Source: a virus
Taxonomy: Duplodnaviria > Caudoviricetes
IMG/VR virus record: IMGVR_UViG_3300037518_000374
Location: 1 to 63,021 of that record
Direction: 5' to 3' (one strand)
Length of the DNA: 63,021 nt
A program made the position numbers and the translations under genes. Shown piece after piece: positions 10,201 through 19,210 of the stretch (the stretch's first letter is position 1; each line of letters starts with the position of its first letter). Under the pieces are notes generated by a model that was given only the letters and a program-made list of their open reading frames with translations, searched no databases and was not told the DNA's origin.

Positions 10201-10779
10201 CAGCCGTTCCAAATCCTCGGCGCTGGCCCGTCCGTCCTTGGCCCGCTCCGCGGCTCGCCAAACGTCCCAGGTCTTGGCCGCGGTCGCCCATGCGCCATGG
10301 AACGGGATACTCTCCTCCCGCACCGCGCCCGCCAGCACCTCGTCCACCGTTCGGGGCGCGCGCAAAACCGCATTGGGCGATAGCCCGTACTTCTTGCGCT
10401 CGAGGTCCAGGAGCTTCTGACGATACTTGGGCGTCACCTGCTCTTTCGACAGACCCTCCAGGCGGGCGTAGGTGTCGAGTTCGGCCTGACTGGAGAGGAT
10501 GTCCTCCTCGGCCTGCCGGCGGCGCAGGTCGTCCAGTCGCTCGACAGGGGGCTTGGCGGACCGAACCTCGTCCCAGCTTCTGAGGCGCTTGGTTGGTTGT
10601 TCGGGCGCGACAGTAGCCCTGGACGACATCACCTCATCCCACGACCGAAGCTTTCGTGCGGGCCGCACGTCATCCTCAACCGCTCCCGCCTGCGGCGGGG
10701 CCAGCATATCCTGAAGAAACTGGTCGGTGACGCTCGTCCCGTTAGGCACTACTCGAACCCTTGCTCTTTGGCGTTCCAC
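4294..10779 (-). CDS. large polyvalent/internal virion protein with C-terminal LPD38-like domain
   Basis: 2161 aa; HEVAH zincin-like motif, PWEMTKDEF motif, C-terminal IPRPFEYGWLFSALPE (LPD38-like). True start may be the GTG near 10749. Confidence 0.75.
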   Translation of the reverse strand: MERQRARVRVVPNGTSVTDQFLQDMLAPPQAGAVEDDVRPARKLRSWDEVMSSRATVAPEQPTKRLRSWDEVRSAKPPVERLDDLRRRQAEEDILSSQAELDTYARLEGLSKEQVTPKYRQKLLDLERKKYGLSPNAVLRAPRTVDEVLAGAVREESIPFHGAWATAAKTWDVWRAAERAKDGRASAEDLERLADFQRDMANQARGTTWGGGTARIVTETVPFAGEFLASGGMASLVRKGVSSVARKAAARAVQKSLSRVAGARAATTLTRLGADTIARLPAFSPRIARDTVARMMPDYRFDRNDEGSLKAFVASPGQDFIAALRDATLDTTFEVLGEGSGGALRRGGRAVAKIASKVPGAETVTVPLGRARAALAGAWMADGGRSFRQFMRHLEKAGYHGILEEIGEERVSDVLRMTAAAAGAELEGGLPTFSELGQEAAAFAVPIVGGQAVTAGLGRLGRTPPPVRPGTEAPPAPVGQPVAIEPPPLVEPVHPGSLGPQGETGTLTPEQQQRTQEDLAESGRFGSRGGPRPPGEPPIIESQAPTVEAPPIPTPTQEIGRAVQEQKAEAVHEGLRAQPRQDAGKVPGQEDVGQVPQAPGQQEEARVGKRPWEMTKDEFVQAATLQKTGKDMRVRMPTGETVLSVGSRSKQKALSDARQVMVKQAVRAGKPVPLDVLADYPDLKPKAPKPRRPSRKGIKQAEQRVLDIHERLRGVISGEDVGESIAGEGEVEEFQRLNEPTSGFSFKDTKEGRSAARELRERLPKNLQMNVKVVRKSDPRWNSASGSDVMSEIGTDRMAERIIRFHDDGKKRTIDRTMEFARKNPGAFTPQELYDLQHYHAVSSSPEGSQLAKGKNPEVVPTGMLDVGEQFTVAGEPYSVTDVDQDGGTVRVEDGLTFDLPLGSELAIDEGSLKTPPEPAEVPPAAPGVPPAGLFGQKVTEPLTGEQTDFEFGANIKGEKVTESGVITKEGLLRPDIDKAAQKRMEAELKRTGQRTLTPPPPPVQNAPPEIAGELPPKSQGPVKPISNHEIIANMQRRFRVPIRTGKMRGPMAGKFKVRPEVVRRKSEFGGDLGVTTHEVAHKIDKGTQAVALAPSTVQSELSDLDYDQEQMRPDEGFAEFVRFFLTHDDAAIRAPRTYRWFTQTWMKKHPELADGLQKTKAEIDQYRAPGVEGARARLRAARSETGTAYPLEGRSERMGRLFRKVRQVADDRLVELEWAQNLIEEKRGTPLPPKQRFYDMARRLFGAVRSRAEQAYRYGVHSLVDDRKMSDGIVEAVRKIGPITEANVADLTDFMMARHGIETWGFVDKSGTARPKNPGFSLPDAQRVYDALRDRPGFVEAADAITEWNNALVRMYAEVGGLSEESAQAMIDTYPAYVPMFRVLEEYRSGKRRGGGLLDRSKAFFGMKGSPRQVVDVMVAMYTQAERVYAKATANVVRNALIDASRSVDGMGWLVEGPLPTPIKRQTVTLERIAQQLEDAGIDIEQADMDQVLEFFTPTEYVRDGTPMLARWKDGKQEWYEIDPDIYLSASGQNAITLPIWLETILKPAAKMTQAVKLGAVGLKASFGLYRNLVRDVPHSMIQTEGGSMLGALGRIMYGTYLNAKWTIGELRGKPEDQLQQFWKRWGGEFASYFGRDPKSSYRQVRQILQGAEGRSLWNVLSTPLDTIQSIVAIPEGGPRIGEMLEVMRQQGVTEEDIRQGRPVPLGKIVQAFMAGSENTIDFLRGGSLTMFLNKYAAFSQVAVQAPIQALRKSGVMRGDKKRMVRTFVRAGTLLTIPTLVYWWHVKDEDWYRELPAWRKFLAWNLRVGNTTISIPRPFEYGWLFSALPEMLVDAWYRKEPQTVADGFGQFLKTQVPHWTDFVPDAGLLPLELKMNYDLWRDQPIVDDRLRETRMPQDQFYQYNTLASRYIGQLIHKSPAAIDHAIRNATGGMGIDILRAFEPITKGSPEIMERVKRVLGFSSVGQTIGRGVSLDNFYGELGRLQQKKGSLKTAGSEDSAVTKALYRMEWTADILSEVRDVVRAMPNRQDQLREERYLTGLSRFGLGKEELPEFPNILTDDRLSEPLRNIRDQHLQRKAFAAAQNPASENVDTRINKQESIRRSREILDELDIDNRERRLLLTREYRRRGYKTDMIDDNGNLTSFGSALRRLYRRQMLKE
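8958..9098 (-). CDS. nested small basic protein in an alternative frame (MPYKSKKQKRFMKGCEHNP...)
   Basis: AGGAG 7 nt before GTG; 46 aa; resembles the small phage MP(F/Y)KSxxQxRFM family; lies inside the 2161-aa gene. Confidence 0.55.
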   Translation of the reverse strand: MPYKSKKQKRFMKGCEHNPDKMQGKCPDKKTLDKFHKHRVSKKKRG

Positions 10780-12179
10780 CTGCCGACCGTTTTATCTGGC
10801 AGGGAATAATACTCTCCGTCTTCGAGCTTGTCTGGCGAGTCCGGCGGCGGAAGTGGTTTGTCCACTGTGGATTTGGGTAACCGCGCACCGCCTTGTTTTC
10901 CCGCCTGATCCGCATTTTTGGCTGCCCGCCGCATCCTCTTTATGCGCTCTTCAACCGGAAGATCGGCCAGATCCTCGGCGTAGGTCTGCATATAGTCCGC
11001 CATCGCAATTCTGGTGCGTTGCAGTTTTTCCGCCTTTTCGAGAGCGCTTTTGGTCCTGTTGATTTCGGCGTCCGGCGCTTCGCTGAGGATGAGACTGCCG
11101 AGATTGTTGTTGAGGGCAACGATTACCTTGTTCGTGTCGGCCGCAAGCGCACGATAGGCACGGGCCTCATTCCGATTGGCCTGTATCCGGTCTCTCCGAA
11201 GAGTCGCCTTTTCATCTCGCGATTGGCCCTCGGGTGACATCCGTTGGCGAAGCTCCTCGGCCCGAAGCTCGAACCCCATGCGCCGCTCCGCCTCTCGTAA
11301 CGGGCGCTCTCTCTCTTCCATCAGAAGAGATTGCTCGTTGCTCTCGGCGTTTCGCATCATGGCCTCGGCGTTTCGGGCTCGTGTCTGGGCGCCCACGACC
11401 TCCAGCACGTCCTCCCAATCGTCCCCGCGCTCGGCCATAACCTTCGAGTGGTCGTCCATCAGTGCCAGGGCCATCTGGAGCCCGCCGCTGCCCATCATGA
11501 CCGGCAGCTTGCCCTGCCGATTGTCCAACAGGTTTTCCAGCATGGACCGCGGCTCATCTTTCCCGCCGCGCTTCTGCATCTTGTCCAGAATGACCTTGAA
11601 CATGTCGTCGCCACGAGCGCGACCCTCCTGGACCGGCGCCTCACGGGCGGCGGTCGCGAGGTTGTCCCGTGCCCGATCAAACTCCAGAAGCGCGGCCGAG
11701 ATTCGATCGGACGGCTCACCGGCCTGTTCGTCGATTAACGCACTGCCGGACTCCTGTGGCCCGGCGATCGGCGTAACGGCCATACTGCTGGCCGGAACGG
11801 GAGGGATGGGGGGCTGTCGAGACTCCAGCGAATCGAGGAACATGCGATCTCGGTCCGGGGCGGGCGCCATCGCCTGCTCGAACATGCCGTAATCCACCGC
11901 CGGAGCACCCCCCTGCGTGGGCGATATGATCGAGGCCGGCACCGGACTGGGCGGCGGCGCAAGGGCCGGACTATAGCGGCCCGATATGCCCAGCATCTCG
12001 TTCCGGCTCATGCTGGTTGGCGGACCGGCCTCTACGGCACCAAGCGGAATGTCCAGGATTCGTCTGACCTCCTCTTCCGTGAGCGCCTTTGGCGCGGGCT
12101 GAGTAGTGGCGCGGGCAGAGGTGTTGGTGCCCAAAAACCTTGCCAAATCTGAAGGGCCGGCCGACAAAGCTCCCATCAC
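10749..12179 (-). CDS. internal virion/ejection protein
   Basis: Helical, low-complexity ORF in the podovirus ejection-protein position; start trimmed to overlap the upstream stop. Confidence 0.6.
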   Translation of the reverse strand: MMGALSAGPSDLARFLGTNTSARATTQPAPKALTEEEVRRILDIPLGAVEAGPPTSMSRNEMLGISGRYSPALAPPPSPVPASIISPTQGGAPAVDYGMFEQAMAPAPDRDRMFLDSLESRQPPIPPVPASSMAVTPIAGPQESGSALIDEQAGEPSDRISAALLEFDRARDNLATAAREAPVQEGRARGDDMFKVILDKMQKRGGKDEPRSMLENLLDNRQGKLPVMMGSGGLQMALALMDDHSKVMAERGDDWEDVLEVVGAQTRARNAEAMMRNAESNEQSLLMEERERPLREAERRMGFELRAEELRQRMSPEGQSRDEKATLRRDRIQANRNEARAYRALAADTNKVIVALNNNLGSLILSEAPDAEINRTKSALEKAEKLQRTRIAMADYMQTYAEDLADLPVEERIKRMRRAAKNADQAGKQGGARLPKSTVDKPLPPPDSPDKLEDGEYYSLPDKTVGRWNAKEQGFE

Positions 12180-12835
12180 CCCACCCTTCCTTCCGCGATC
12201 GCGCGCGCGATCTCGAACGCGCCCTCCCGGTCGCCAGATTGCCACTTCGCGGCGCCGATCTTTTTCAATCGTTCCGTAGCGGACCCGATGTCCTTCGGCG
12301 TCACAAGCACGCTATCGTTGGCGGCCTTGGCCGCGCCGGCGGATTTGTATGTACCACCCGGGTCCGTGGTCGTGTATTCAACCGCCGACGGATCGAACGA
12401 CCAACCCGTCGGCGCGGCCTTGGCGGACGGCGCCGCTGCGGCCGCTTGGGGAAACGCGCTGTAGTCTTTAAAAGCGCCGGGGTTGACTCCCGACACCGCA
12501 ATTCCGGCCCCAAGTGCCGCACCCGGCAACGCCCCGATCCCGACCTCCATGCCACCAGCCACACCACCCGTGATGCCGCCCGTGAGGGCTTGGGTACCCG
12601 TCTGAAGGCCGAGCATGGTCCGCTCGTGCTTGCGCTGCTTACTGGACTGGCTGGCCTGGAACCGCCGCTGGCGGGCGCGTTCTAGCGAATCGGCCAAGCT
12701 GCTGCCGAGCGCGAACGGGACCTGGTTGGTTGTCGCGACACTTCGCTGCCGGCCCTGCTCCGACGCCATCGTGAGGTTCGACAGAAGACCCAGCAACTGA
12801 CCGAACTGGTTCGAGTCTTGACGTTGAATCGCCAT
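12176..12835 (-). CDS. ejection/pilot-like protein with Gly-rich hydrophobic segment
   Basis: GGITGGVAGGMEVGIGALPGAALGAG segment; GGAGG RBS; position in operon. Confidence 0.6.
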   Translation of the reverse strand: MAIQRQDSNQFGQLLGLLSNLTMASEQGRQRSVATTNQVPFALGSSLADSLERARQRRFQASQSSKQRKHERTMLGLQTGTQALTGGITGGVAGGMEVGIGALPGAALGAGIAVSGVNPGAFKDYSAFPQAAAAAPSAKAAPTGWSFDPSAVEYTTTDPGGTYKSAGAAKAANDSVLVTPKDIGSATERLKKIGAAKWQSGDREGAFEIARAIAEGRVG

Positions 12836-12850
12836 ACCAACACCTCCGCA

Positions 12851-14167
12851 TTAACCAACGCCGGCCAGGATCGGCAGAAACACCTGGCCAAGGCCGCCGA
12901 TAATGGACCACATGAATCCGCGTTCCTCTTCGTCTAGCTGGTCCTGATGATACCGGTCCATCAGGTCCAGCATGGTGTTGTACGTGTACTCGTCCATGTA
13001 ATTCGGCACGAACACGTCGCGATTGGCCTCAAGCTCGGCCTGTGCGCCCAGTATATGGGTTTCGAGCTGCGCCGCCCCCAGGCCCAGCCGAGCCGCGTCC
13101 ATCTCGACACCGCTGCGGCCAAGGTACTCCTGGAGCCCAAGCTGGCCTCTGTTGATCTCGGCATTGGTTGCGCCAAGTCCCATCTGGCCAAGCTGGCCCG
13201 TCAGGGCGGCGGCGGTCTGCTGCGCCGCCAGTTCTGATTCCCGCCTTGCCAGCGCGGCCTGGATCGCGACATCGCGCTCCGCCTGCTGAATGTCTTTGGT
13301 CGCCTGACGCGAGCCCTTCTGCGCTACCGCGGTCGCGAGACCGCTATCGCTGATGCCGCGCCGCGCCATCTCGTCCGCCACCTGTCGGCGCGTATCGCGG
13401 ACTCCGCCCAAGATGGTATCGACCGCCTGGCCACGGAGCGATTCCTGCATCTCCGGGCTGATGACATCCGGGTTCTGCAACGAATTCAACACGCTGCCCT
13501 GAAGGGCCTGAACCGCCGGCAGATTGCCGAAATTCGGAATTTCGATTCCGCCGGAGAAGTATCCGGTCGTTTCTGGAGACGGGACGTTCTGGCCGATGTT
13601 CTGAGACAGGTCAAAGATCGACTCGACGTTCGGCAACGCGCCGCCAATGGTGTCGATCGCGGTATCGACGTAGTCGTTGGTCTGGTCCGGCCCGCCCTCT
13701 TCCGCCGCCCGGCCCGCACCCCACGGGTCGGTCACGGGGTCGGGCGGCCGGAGGTCGATGCCAAACTCGCCCACCCCGGCCGCCCGTCCGGTCACGGGAT
13801 CGAACGGGCCGGACAGAAGCGGACTGCCCGTGACCGGATCGAATCCGTAGCCCGGCGTACCGGAAGTCGTTCCGGCATTGCGCGCCGTGGGCGATCCGAA
13901 GCTGTAGTTTGGCGTGCCGGAAGCGGTTCCGGCGTTTTGTGGTAGCGCCGGAACGGTGGACTGGGCCGGGGATAGAACGCTTGTCCTTCCGGCCGGCGCA
14001 ACCGCCGGCGTACCGATCGTCCGGCTGGGGATGGGCGAGGGGAGCGGCGGAGGGCGCGGGGTCGCGGTCCTCTGAGGGGTCGTGGTTTGGCGCGGGGACC
14101 CTACCCGACTGTATCGCGGAGTGCCCGATGCCGTTCCGGCGTTTCGTGTGACTCTGTAGGTCGCCAT
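12851..14167 (-). CDS. DNA pilot/ejection-like protein
   Basis: Q/A-rich helices, MARRGISDSG motif, hydrophobic C-terminus; N-terminal NAGTxSGTPxY repeats. Confidence 0.6.
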   Translation of the reverse strand: MATYRVTRNAGTASGTPRYSRVGSPRQTTTPQRTATPRPPPLPSPIPSRTIGTPAVAPAGRTSVLSPAQSTVPALPQNAGTASGTPNYSFGSPTARNAGTTSGTPGYGFDPVTGSPLLSGPFDPVTGRAAGVGEFGIDLRPPDPVTDPWGAGRAAEEGGPDQTNDYVDTAIDTIGGALPNVESIFDLSQNIGQNVPSPETTGYFSGGIEIPNFGNLPAVQALQGSVLNSLQNPDVISPEMQESLRGQAVDTILGGVRDTRRQVADEMARRGISDSGLATAVAQKGSRQATKDIQQAERDVAIQAALARRESELAAQQTAAALTGQLGQMGLGATNAEINRGQLGLQEYLGRSGVEMDAARLGLGAAQLETHILGAQAELEANRDVFVPNYMDEYTYNTMLDLMDRYHQDQLDEEERGFMWSIIGGLGQVFLPILAGVG

Positions 14168-14178
14168 TTCCTCGCCCC

Positions 14179-14604
14179 TTAGTCCAGGACCTCATAGTAG
14201 CATGCGATGTAGGAAATTCGGCCCGTCACCGAACCGACCGATATGTCCAGCGCATCGCAGTCCGCGCCGCCCTGTTCGTCCTTGGGCATGAGCACAAGAT
14301 CGATACTGATCTCGCTGTTGCCCACGACGCAGTTCGCCGGTCCCCATGCCCAATACTGAACAGAGTTCACGCTTTCGGTCCAGAGCACGATGTCGTAGTT
14401 GGAGCCCTTGCCACTGTTGAGCGTGATGGAATGTGTGGAGGCAACGCCGATGGCGGCGTCCCACTTTACCGTCACGTGCCTGATCCTCAGCTTCTGGCCG
14501 TAGTGCGGAGAGTCGAACTTGTCGTTTCCTGCTGATACACTCAGGGTGTTGAGGGTCGAGACAACTCCGGCACTCGTCTGTCTCATCAATGCCACGTGTT
14601 CCAT
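14179..14604 (-). CDS. hypothetical beta-rich structural protein
   Basis: 141-aa ORF with AAGGAG RBS, in the tail gene block. Confidence 0.6.
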   Translation of the reverse strand: MEHVALMRQTSAGVVSTLNTLSVSAGNDKFDSPHYGQKLRIRHVTVKWDAAIGVASTHSITLNSGKGSNYDIVLWTESVNSVQYWAWGPANCVVGNSEISIDLVLMPKDEQGGADCDALDISVGSVTGRISYIACYYEVLD

Positions 14605-14614
14605 GACGATCTCC

Positions 14615-17600
14615 TTATCGCCGACCGAGGACTTCGGCGTCCACCTCGTAACTGAGGATTCTGGTGTTGTGTCCCGCGCTTCCGGCGAACCGGGGCGCTA
14701 TGTGCTTCAGGCGCCGTTGAACCGGAACGATTTTGCTCGCAACGCTCGTCGAGTTGGTCGCGGTATCGCGGGCCGTGCCGTCGGGCTCCACGTATCCGAC
14801 GGTCATCGCTCCGCCCGTACCATCCTGCTCGAACTCGGCCGAAAGGTACTTCCATCGCTTGAGTCTTCGGGTTCCGAGGTTCAGGTCTGGACCGTTCCAG
14901 AACCACGAGTAATCCTCCCCGTCGTCCTGCATCGCCGTACCGTCGTCACCGCGGTATATCGCGACTAATCCGCTGCCGTGGTCAACGAACATCAGTTTTC
15001 GGCGTGCCGGAAGGTTCGCGGCGCCGGCCGATTCGTGGTCTGATACAAAACACCGGGCCGCAATGTCCCACACGCTCCAGTCGTAAATGTGGTGTCCCGA
15101 TTCGTGCTCAACGGCCGGGTTCCGGTAATGAATCACGAACAGACGATTCGGCGTTCCGGCGGTCTGGGATGCGGCATTTACAAGAACAAGGCCATCCGCG
15201 TAGTCGATCCCCATCGCCATGTACTGATAATGACTGGTCTTGAATCCGCGATAGGTTGGCAGATTCATGTAGCTGAGGTCTTCGATCCCGCCAGCGGAAC
15301 TCCACCGGTACACTCCGTCCGCACCGGCCCAATAAACCCTCCCGAACTCGTCGATGCCCCACGCGCGGTACGAACTGCATCCGACGGTCGCAACCAGATC
15401 GATCTGGACACTGGACGGACTGTCGCCGGTCATAAGCCACGCCGAGTTGTCTTTCAGAATCAGCATGGTCTTTATCACGGAATCCAACAGCATTGCCTGA
15501 CCCGGAATGATGGCCCGGATTCGTCCCCCGTATGCTTCTCCCACTCTCAGGAAGCTCGTCGGATCAACCGCGTCGGGATTTCCCGACTCGCTGTAGTACA
15601 GCTTGGATCCGTCGCTTGTTCTCTGCGGGACGTACCACATTCGGTCAAGGTGCGTGGCACAGCACACCGATGTGGGCGGGATGCTGTTCTCCAGCTCCGG
15701 CGCCTCGATCGTGTCGGATTCGTCCCCGTCCGGAATGGTGTCGTGGACCCAAAACGTCCGATCGAAGCTGATCGCTCCCGTCTCGCTATACTTACTGCCA
15801 AGGTCGTCTATCTGTATCGGAATGGTGGCGGTCAGGAACCAGCCCGTTGCGCCGCCGCTCTTGTGTCGGTAGAGCCGAACATGGGTCGCGTTCAGGTCGG
15901 CCGAGGCGTCCCGGATCGTGATGGTCGCGCCGGTGGTCAGCGAGGTTTCGGCGCTTTCCGGGGATGCGGACGACTCGATGCCGAGCACCCGATTGTAGAA
16001 CGTGTACTTGTAGCTGAAGTCGCCCGACAGCGTAATGCCCTGATTGCTGTTCGCCACGTCCGGCGCCCGGATCGGAGCCTTCATCCCGACCAGATACGCA
16101 CTCTGGCCGTTGGTTTTGAGCATGCGGTGTTTGTGGCTAACCGCATCGGCAATGTAGGTATGGTGACCAAATGCAGCGCTGCCGGCCGCGTTGCGGGACG
16201 TGATCAGTTCGTGCGTTATGCCCGGAATTCCTTCCGCGCTGGAGGCGGGTAGTATCCGATACGCAATCGGAACGGCAGTAAGGTCACCGCTCACGGACGG
16301 CTTACCCTTGCAGCGGATGATTCTCTCTCCATCCTTGCGCTCGATATCGTATATCCCGAACACGACGTTGGCGACGGTCGCTTGTGTTTCGTGTGCCCAG
16401 ATCAGCTCCACGCGATGACCGTCCGAGAAGCTGTAGTCGCTCAGGTCGAGATAGTTTGAGTCGGCGGCGTCCGTGATGGTGAAGAAGTCGTTCCCGTCAA
16501 CGTAGCTCAGGGTCGAGGCGCCGGACTCGATTCCACATCTCCTGTTCAGGACCGTAGAGGTGTGATCCAAAATCTCGAAGGTTGATCCAGACCTTTTTAG
16601 AAGTTGGTTTCCCGCCCCGGCCAGAAGGTAGCTTGTTCCAGACGCCGAAACCCCCTTGGCCAACATGTGCATTGAACTCTCGGTGCCATCTTCGTCTCCG
16701 GATACGTCGAGAGACATGCCACGGAAGCAGCCTATCTGAACCTGCCGGACCAACTCCTCGTAGTTGTCCGTAGCGGCCGCTGGCCGCCAAAGGAGTCGGG
16801 TAAATCCACTTAGGAACGGACTTGAGCTGTCGGCGTAACGAACCCCGCTGCCGTCATCTACCAGTTCGGTGTCGTCTACGTAAATCTTGATCGTCGTGGT
16901 GCTGGTTCCGTATACCTCCAGCCGAACCCGAATCCATTCGTCGGTGCCCGGACCCTCCTCATCCCCGGCGTAGGTAAAGACCGCCGCCCCTCGCGTTCCA
17001 CCGCTCCGCTTGTAGATATTGACCACGAGGTCGTTCCACCGAAGCTCGTTGGTCCCGTTCCCGACCGGAACGGTAAACGCGATCTCGTATGCGTCGTCGT
17101 CGGTGTCGTTCGTGGACTGATTGAATCCGATCAGGCTGCCCGCCCGAAGATCCACGCAGAAGTCACACGAGGTCGCGGCCTCGTTGGTTGGATGAAGAGC
17201 GGAGTTGTTTCCGAGGGCCACGTCGTCCTGGCCCGGATAGTCAGGGAAGCCGGCAAACTTGCGAAGAAGGAACTCCACGGCGTAGTTGGCCTGGAACGAT
17301 ACCGCGCTGCCCCCCTCCGTATTGGGGTCAAGAATGACCACGCCGCCCATGACCGCCTTGTGCTCCGGAAGGGTCTGGGTTGTGCGAAGGTCGTTTCCGC
17401 CCCGCATCGTCTGGTTCCAGATTTCGACGGCACGAAGGTTGTGATCCACGGTTCCGGTATAGCCCGTGTGGAGCGCACCCCAGAAAATCGACTCTCGGGC
17501 ATGGCGATCGGAGTGGGCAATGACAATCCCGTCCGCACTGCCCGCGTGTGCCGTGTAGCCCTGGCTGTCCACGTCTATCGTGAAGTTTGTTGTGTCAACA

Positions 17601-17968
17601 AACGTGACGCTGTAGGCTTGGTTATTCAACTCCACCATCGAGGCGATCAGGCCGATCCGAACCACGTCACCCGTTACGAGCCCGTGGCTGTTGGAGGTCG
17701 TTATCTGGCACGGGTCGGCCTGCGTGACGTTCGCAATCTCCCGTACGTAGCTGACCGATGTCCGCTCGTTATCCCTGTCGAACAGGTCGGAGAACACGAA
17801 GCCCCTCGGCACTTCCGAATTGATGGCCGTGTAGCCCCGGCGCGGACGGATCGCGCCGTCCTGGATGTGGACGTTGCTGAGCGATGACGCGAAACCGGGA
17901 CCCAGATCGAGCGGGTCCACCTGCGACGCCAGGCCATGAAACGGGCCACCAAATCGACTAACTGGCAT
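14615..17968 (-). CDS. tail tubular/nozzle protein (P22 gp10 / T7 gp12-like) with FCCH-like insertion
   Basis: ~1117 aa, beta-propeller-like motifs (LYYSESGNP, VYWAGADGVYRW); VTQADPCQITTSNSHGLVTGDVVRI resembles an FCCH domain; follows the adaptor. Confidence 0.7.
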   Translation of the reverse strand: MPVSRFGGPFHGLASQVDPLDLGPGFASSLSNVHIQDGAIRPRRGYTAINSEVPRGFVFSDLFDRDNERTSVSYVREIANVTQADPCQITTSNSHGLVTGDVVRIGLIASMVELNNQAYSVTFVDTTNFTIDVDSQGYTAHAGSADGIVIAHSDRHARESIFWGALHTGYTGTVDHNLRAVEIWNQTMRGGNDLRTTQTLPEHKAVMGGVVILDPNTEGGSAVSFQANYAVEFLLRKFAGFPDYPGQDDVALGNNSALHPTNEAATSCDFCVDLRAGSLIGFNQSTNDTDDDAYEIAFTVPVGNGTNELRWNDLVVNIYKRSGGTRGAAVFTYAGDEEGPGTDEWIRVRLEVYGTSTTTIKIYVDDTELVDDGSGVRYADSSSPFLSGFTRLLWRPAAATDNYEELVRQVQIGCFRGMSLDVSGDEDGTESSMHMLAKGVSASGTSYLLAGAGNQLLKRSGSTFEILDHTSTVLNRRCGIESGASTLSYVDGNDFFTITDAADSNYLDLSDYSFSDGHRVELIWAHETQATVANVVFGIYDIERKDGERIIRCKGKPSVSGDLTAVPIAYRILPASSAEGIPGITHELITSRNAAGSAAFGHHTYIADAVSHKHRMLKTNGQSAYLVGMKAPIRAPDVANSNQGITLSGDFSYKYTFYNRVLGIESSASPESAETSLTTGATITIRDASADLNATHVRLYRHKSGGATGWFLTATIPIQIDDLGSKYSETGAISFDRTFWVHDTIPDGDESDTIEAPELENSIPPTSVCCATHLDRMWYVPQRTSDGSKLYYSESGNPDAVDPTSFLRVGEAYGGRIRAIIPGQAMLLDSVIKTMLILKDNSAWLMTGDSPSSVQIDLVATVGCSSYRAWGIDEFGRVYWAGADGVYRWSSAGGIEDLSYMNLPTYRGFKTSHYQYMAMGIDYADGLVLVNAASQTAGTPNRLFVIHYRNPAVEHESGHHIYDWSVWDIAARCFVSDHESAGAANLPARRKLMFVDHGSGLVAIYRGDDGTAMQDDGEDYSWFWNGPDLNLGTRRLKRWKYLSAEFEQDGTGGAMTVGYVEPDGTARDTATNSTSVASKIVPVQRRLKHIAPRFAGSAGHNTRILSYEVDAEVLGRR

Positions 17969-18651
17969 CAGCGCCACCCCCTCACGCCGACGTGCCGGAG
18001 GCGGGGCAGCACGTTGATGTAGTGCGGACCCTTGCGGCGGTTCTTGAGCGTCTGGATCATCTCCAGCTCGGCCTCGGCCGACTCCTGTTTCCAGCCCATA
18101 GCGTCGCTGTTTTCGCTCATCAGTAGGTGGTAGGCCGTGCGGTAGACGATGGCGTTGGCAAACGCCTCACGAATCCTGGGGGTCTGGAAGCTCAGGCTGG
18201 CCAGATCGTGTGTATCGGACGACATGGCCGCAATGGCCGGCCGATAGTGGACCGTCAGCGTCATGGCCTCAGACGGCGTGACGTAGAACCCCAGAAAGTG
18301 AGATCGCAGATAGAGCCGATCCGGAATGTCGATATCGCCCCGCTGCCACGTCCGGTCCACCACCATCGGGACCGGCTCGTCGGAGCCCGTCACGGACCGC
18401 TCGACAAGGTGAAGATCGAGGAAGTCGCTGAAGCTGTCAACGATATTGTATTCCCGAGTCCCGGCCACGACCGACAGCGAGCCGGTCTTGGTCAGCTCTT
18501 CAGGCGCGTGCTGTGCGATAATCTCGGCAAGGTGAATGGCGGACCGGTTGAGCCAGCGGTCAACACGGGCATTGGGAAACGAATCTGTAGCGGTAGCGGA
18601 GTCTTGGCCGATCAGGTCATGGACGTGCGTTCTGAGGGTTGACAGTTGCAT
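17968..18651 (-). CDS. head-tail adaptor (tail tubular A-like)
   Basis: N-terminal MxLSTLRxxV...WLN helix, VAGTREY and LGFYVTP motifs typical of podovirus adaptors. Confidence 0.7.
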   Translation of the reverse strand: MQLSTLRTHVHDLIGQDSATATDSFPNARVDRWLNRSAIHLAEIIAQHAPEELTKTGSLSVVAGTREYNIVDSFSDFLDLHLVERSVTGSDEPVPMVVDRTWQRGDIDIPDRLYLRSHFLGFYVTPSEAMTLTVHYRPAIAAMSSDTHDLASLSFQTPRIREAFANAIVYRTAYHLLMSENSDAMGWKQESAEAELEMIQTLKNRRKGPHYINVLPRLRHVGVRGWR

Positions 18652-18661
18652 CGCACATCAC

Positions 18662-19210
18662 TCAGGAAGCTCCGACATTGCCAGCAGCCGGCTTGGTCAT
18701 TGCCGGGACGATGATCCGCTCCGATCCGGCCCGGACCATGGGGGGCGCGTTTCGTCGTCCAAACCGTGACGACGCATCACTCCTGCGGCCACGCCGGACG
18801 TAGGTGTCCCAATTGGTCTTGAAGTTCCTCATGGCGTCGGACCATTTCCGGTCCTGTTCGCGCTTTCGTTCGCCCATGAAGTCCTTGAGCTTCCTGAGCC
18901 ACTGGCGGGCCGCGATCCTGGGGTCCATCGAGGTCTCGCCGGCCCGGATCGGGCACCGGCGGCGCATTTCCTCCACCACCCAGGGGCCGGGCGAATGGTC
19001 CAGGTCGAATTCGTGAACCAGCAGGTCGTCGGCCGGGACCGCCCCGCAAAGCTTGATGCGGTAGAGCGACCACTTGTTTCGTCGCGGGTTCCAGACGATC
19101 AGGGATTTAGGGTCGAACTCCTCCACCTGTCGGATGCGCATGATGGTGGCGGATTCGGGAAGCTCGCCCCGGCGCAACTCAACCCAGTCGTATTCGCCCT
19201 CGTACTGCAT
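18662..19210 (-). CDS. hypothetical protein
   Basis: Start trimmed to MQYEGEY, which overlaps the upstream TGA. Confidence 0.55.
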   Translation of the reverse strand: MQYEGEYDWVELRRGELPESATIMRIRQVEEFDPKSLIVWNPRRNKWSLYRIKLCGAVPADDLLVHEFDLDHSPGPWVVEEMRRRCPIRAGETSMDPRIAARQWLRKLKDFMGERKREQDRKWSDAMRNFKTNWDTYVRRGRRSDASSRFGRRNAPPMVRAGSERIIVPAMTKPAAGNVGAS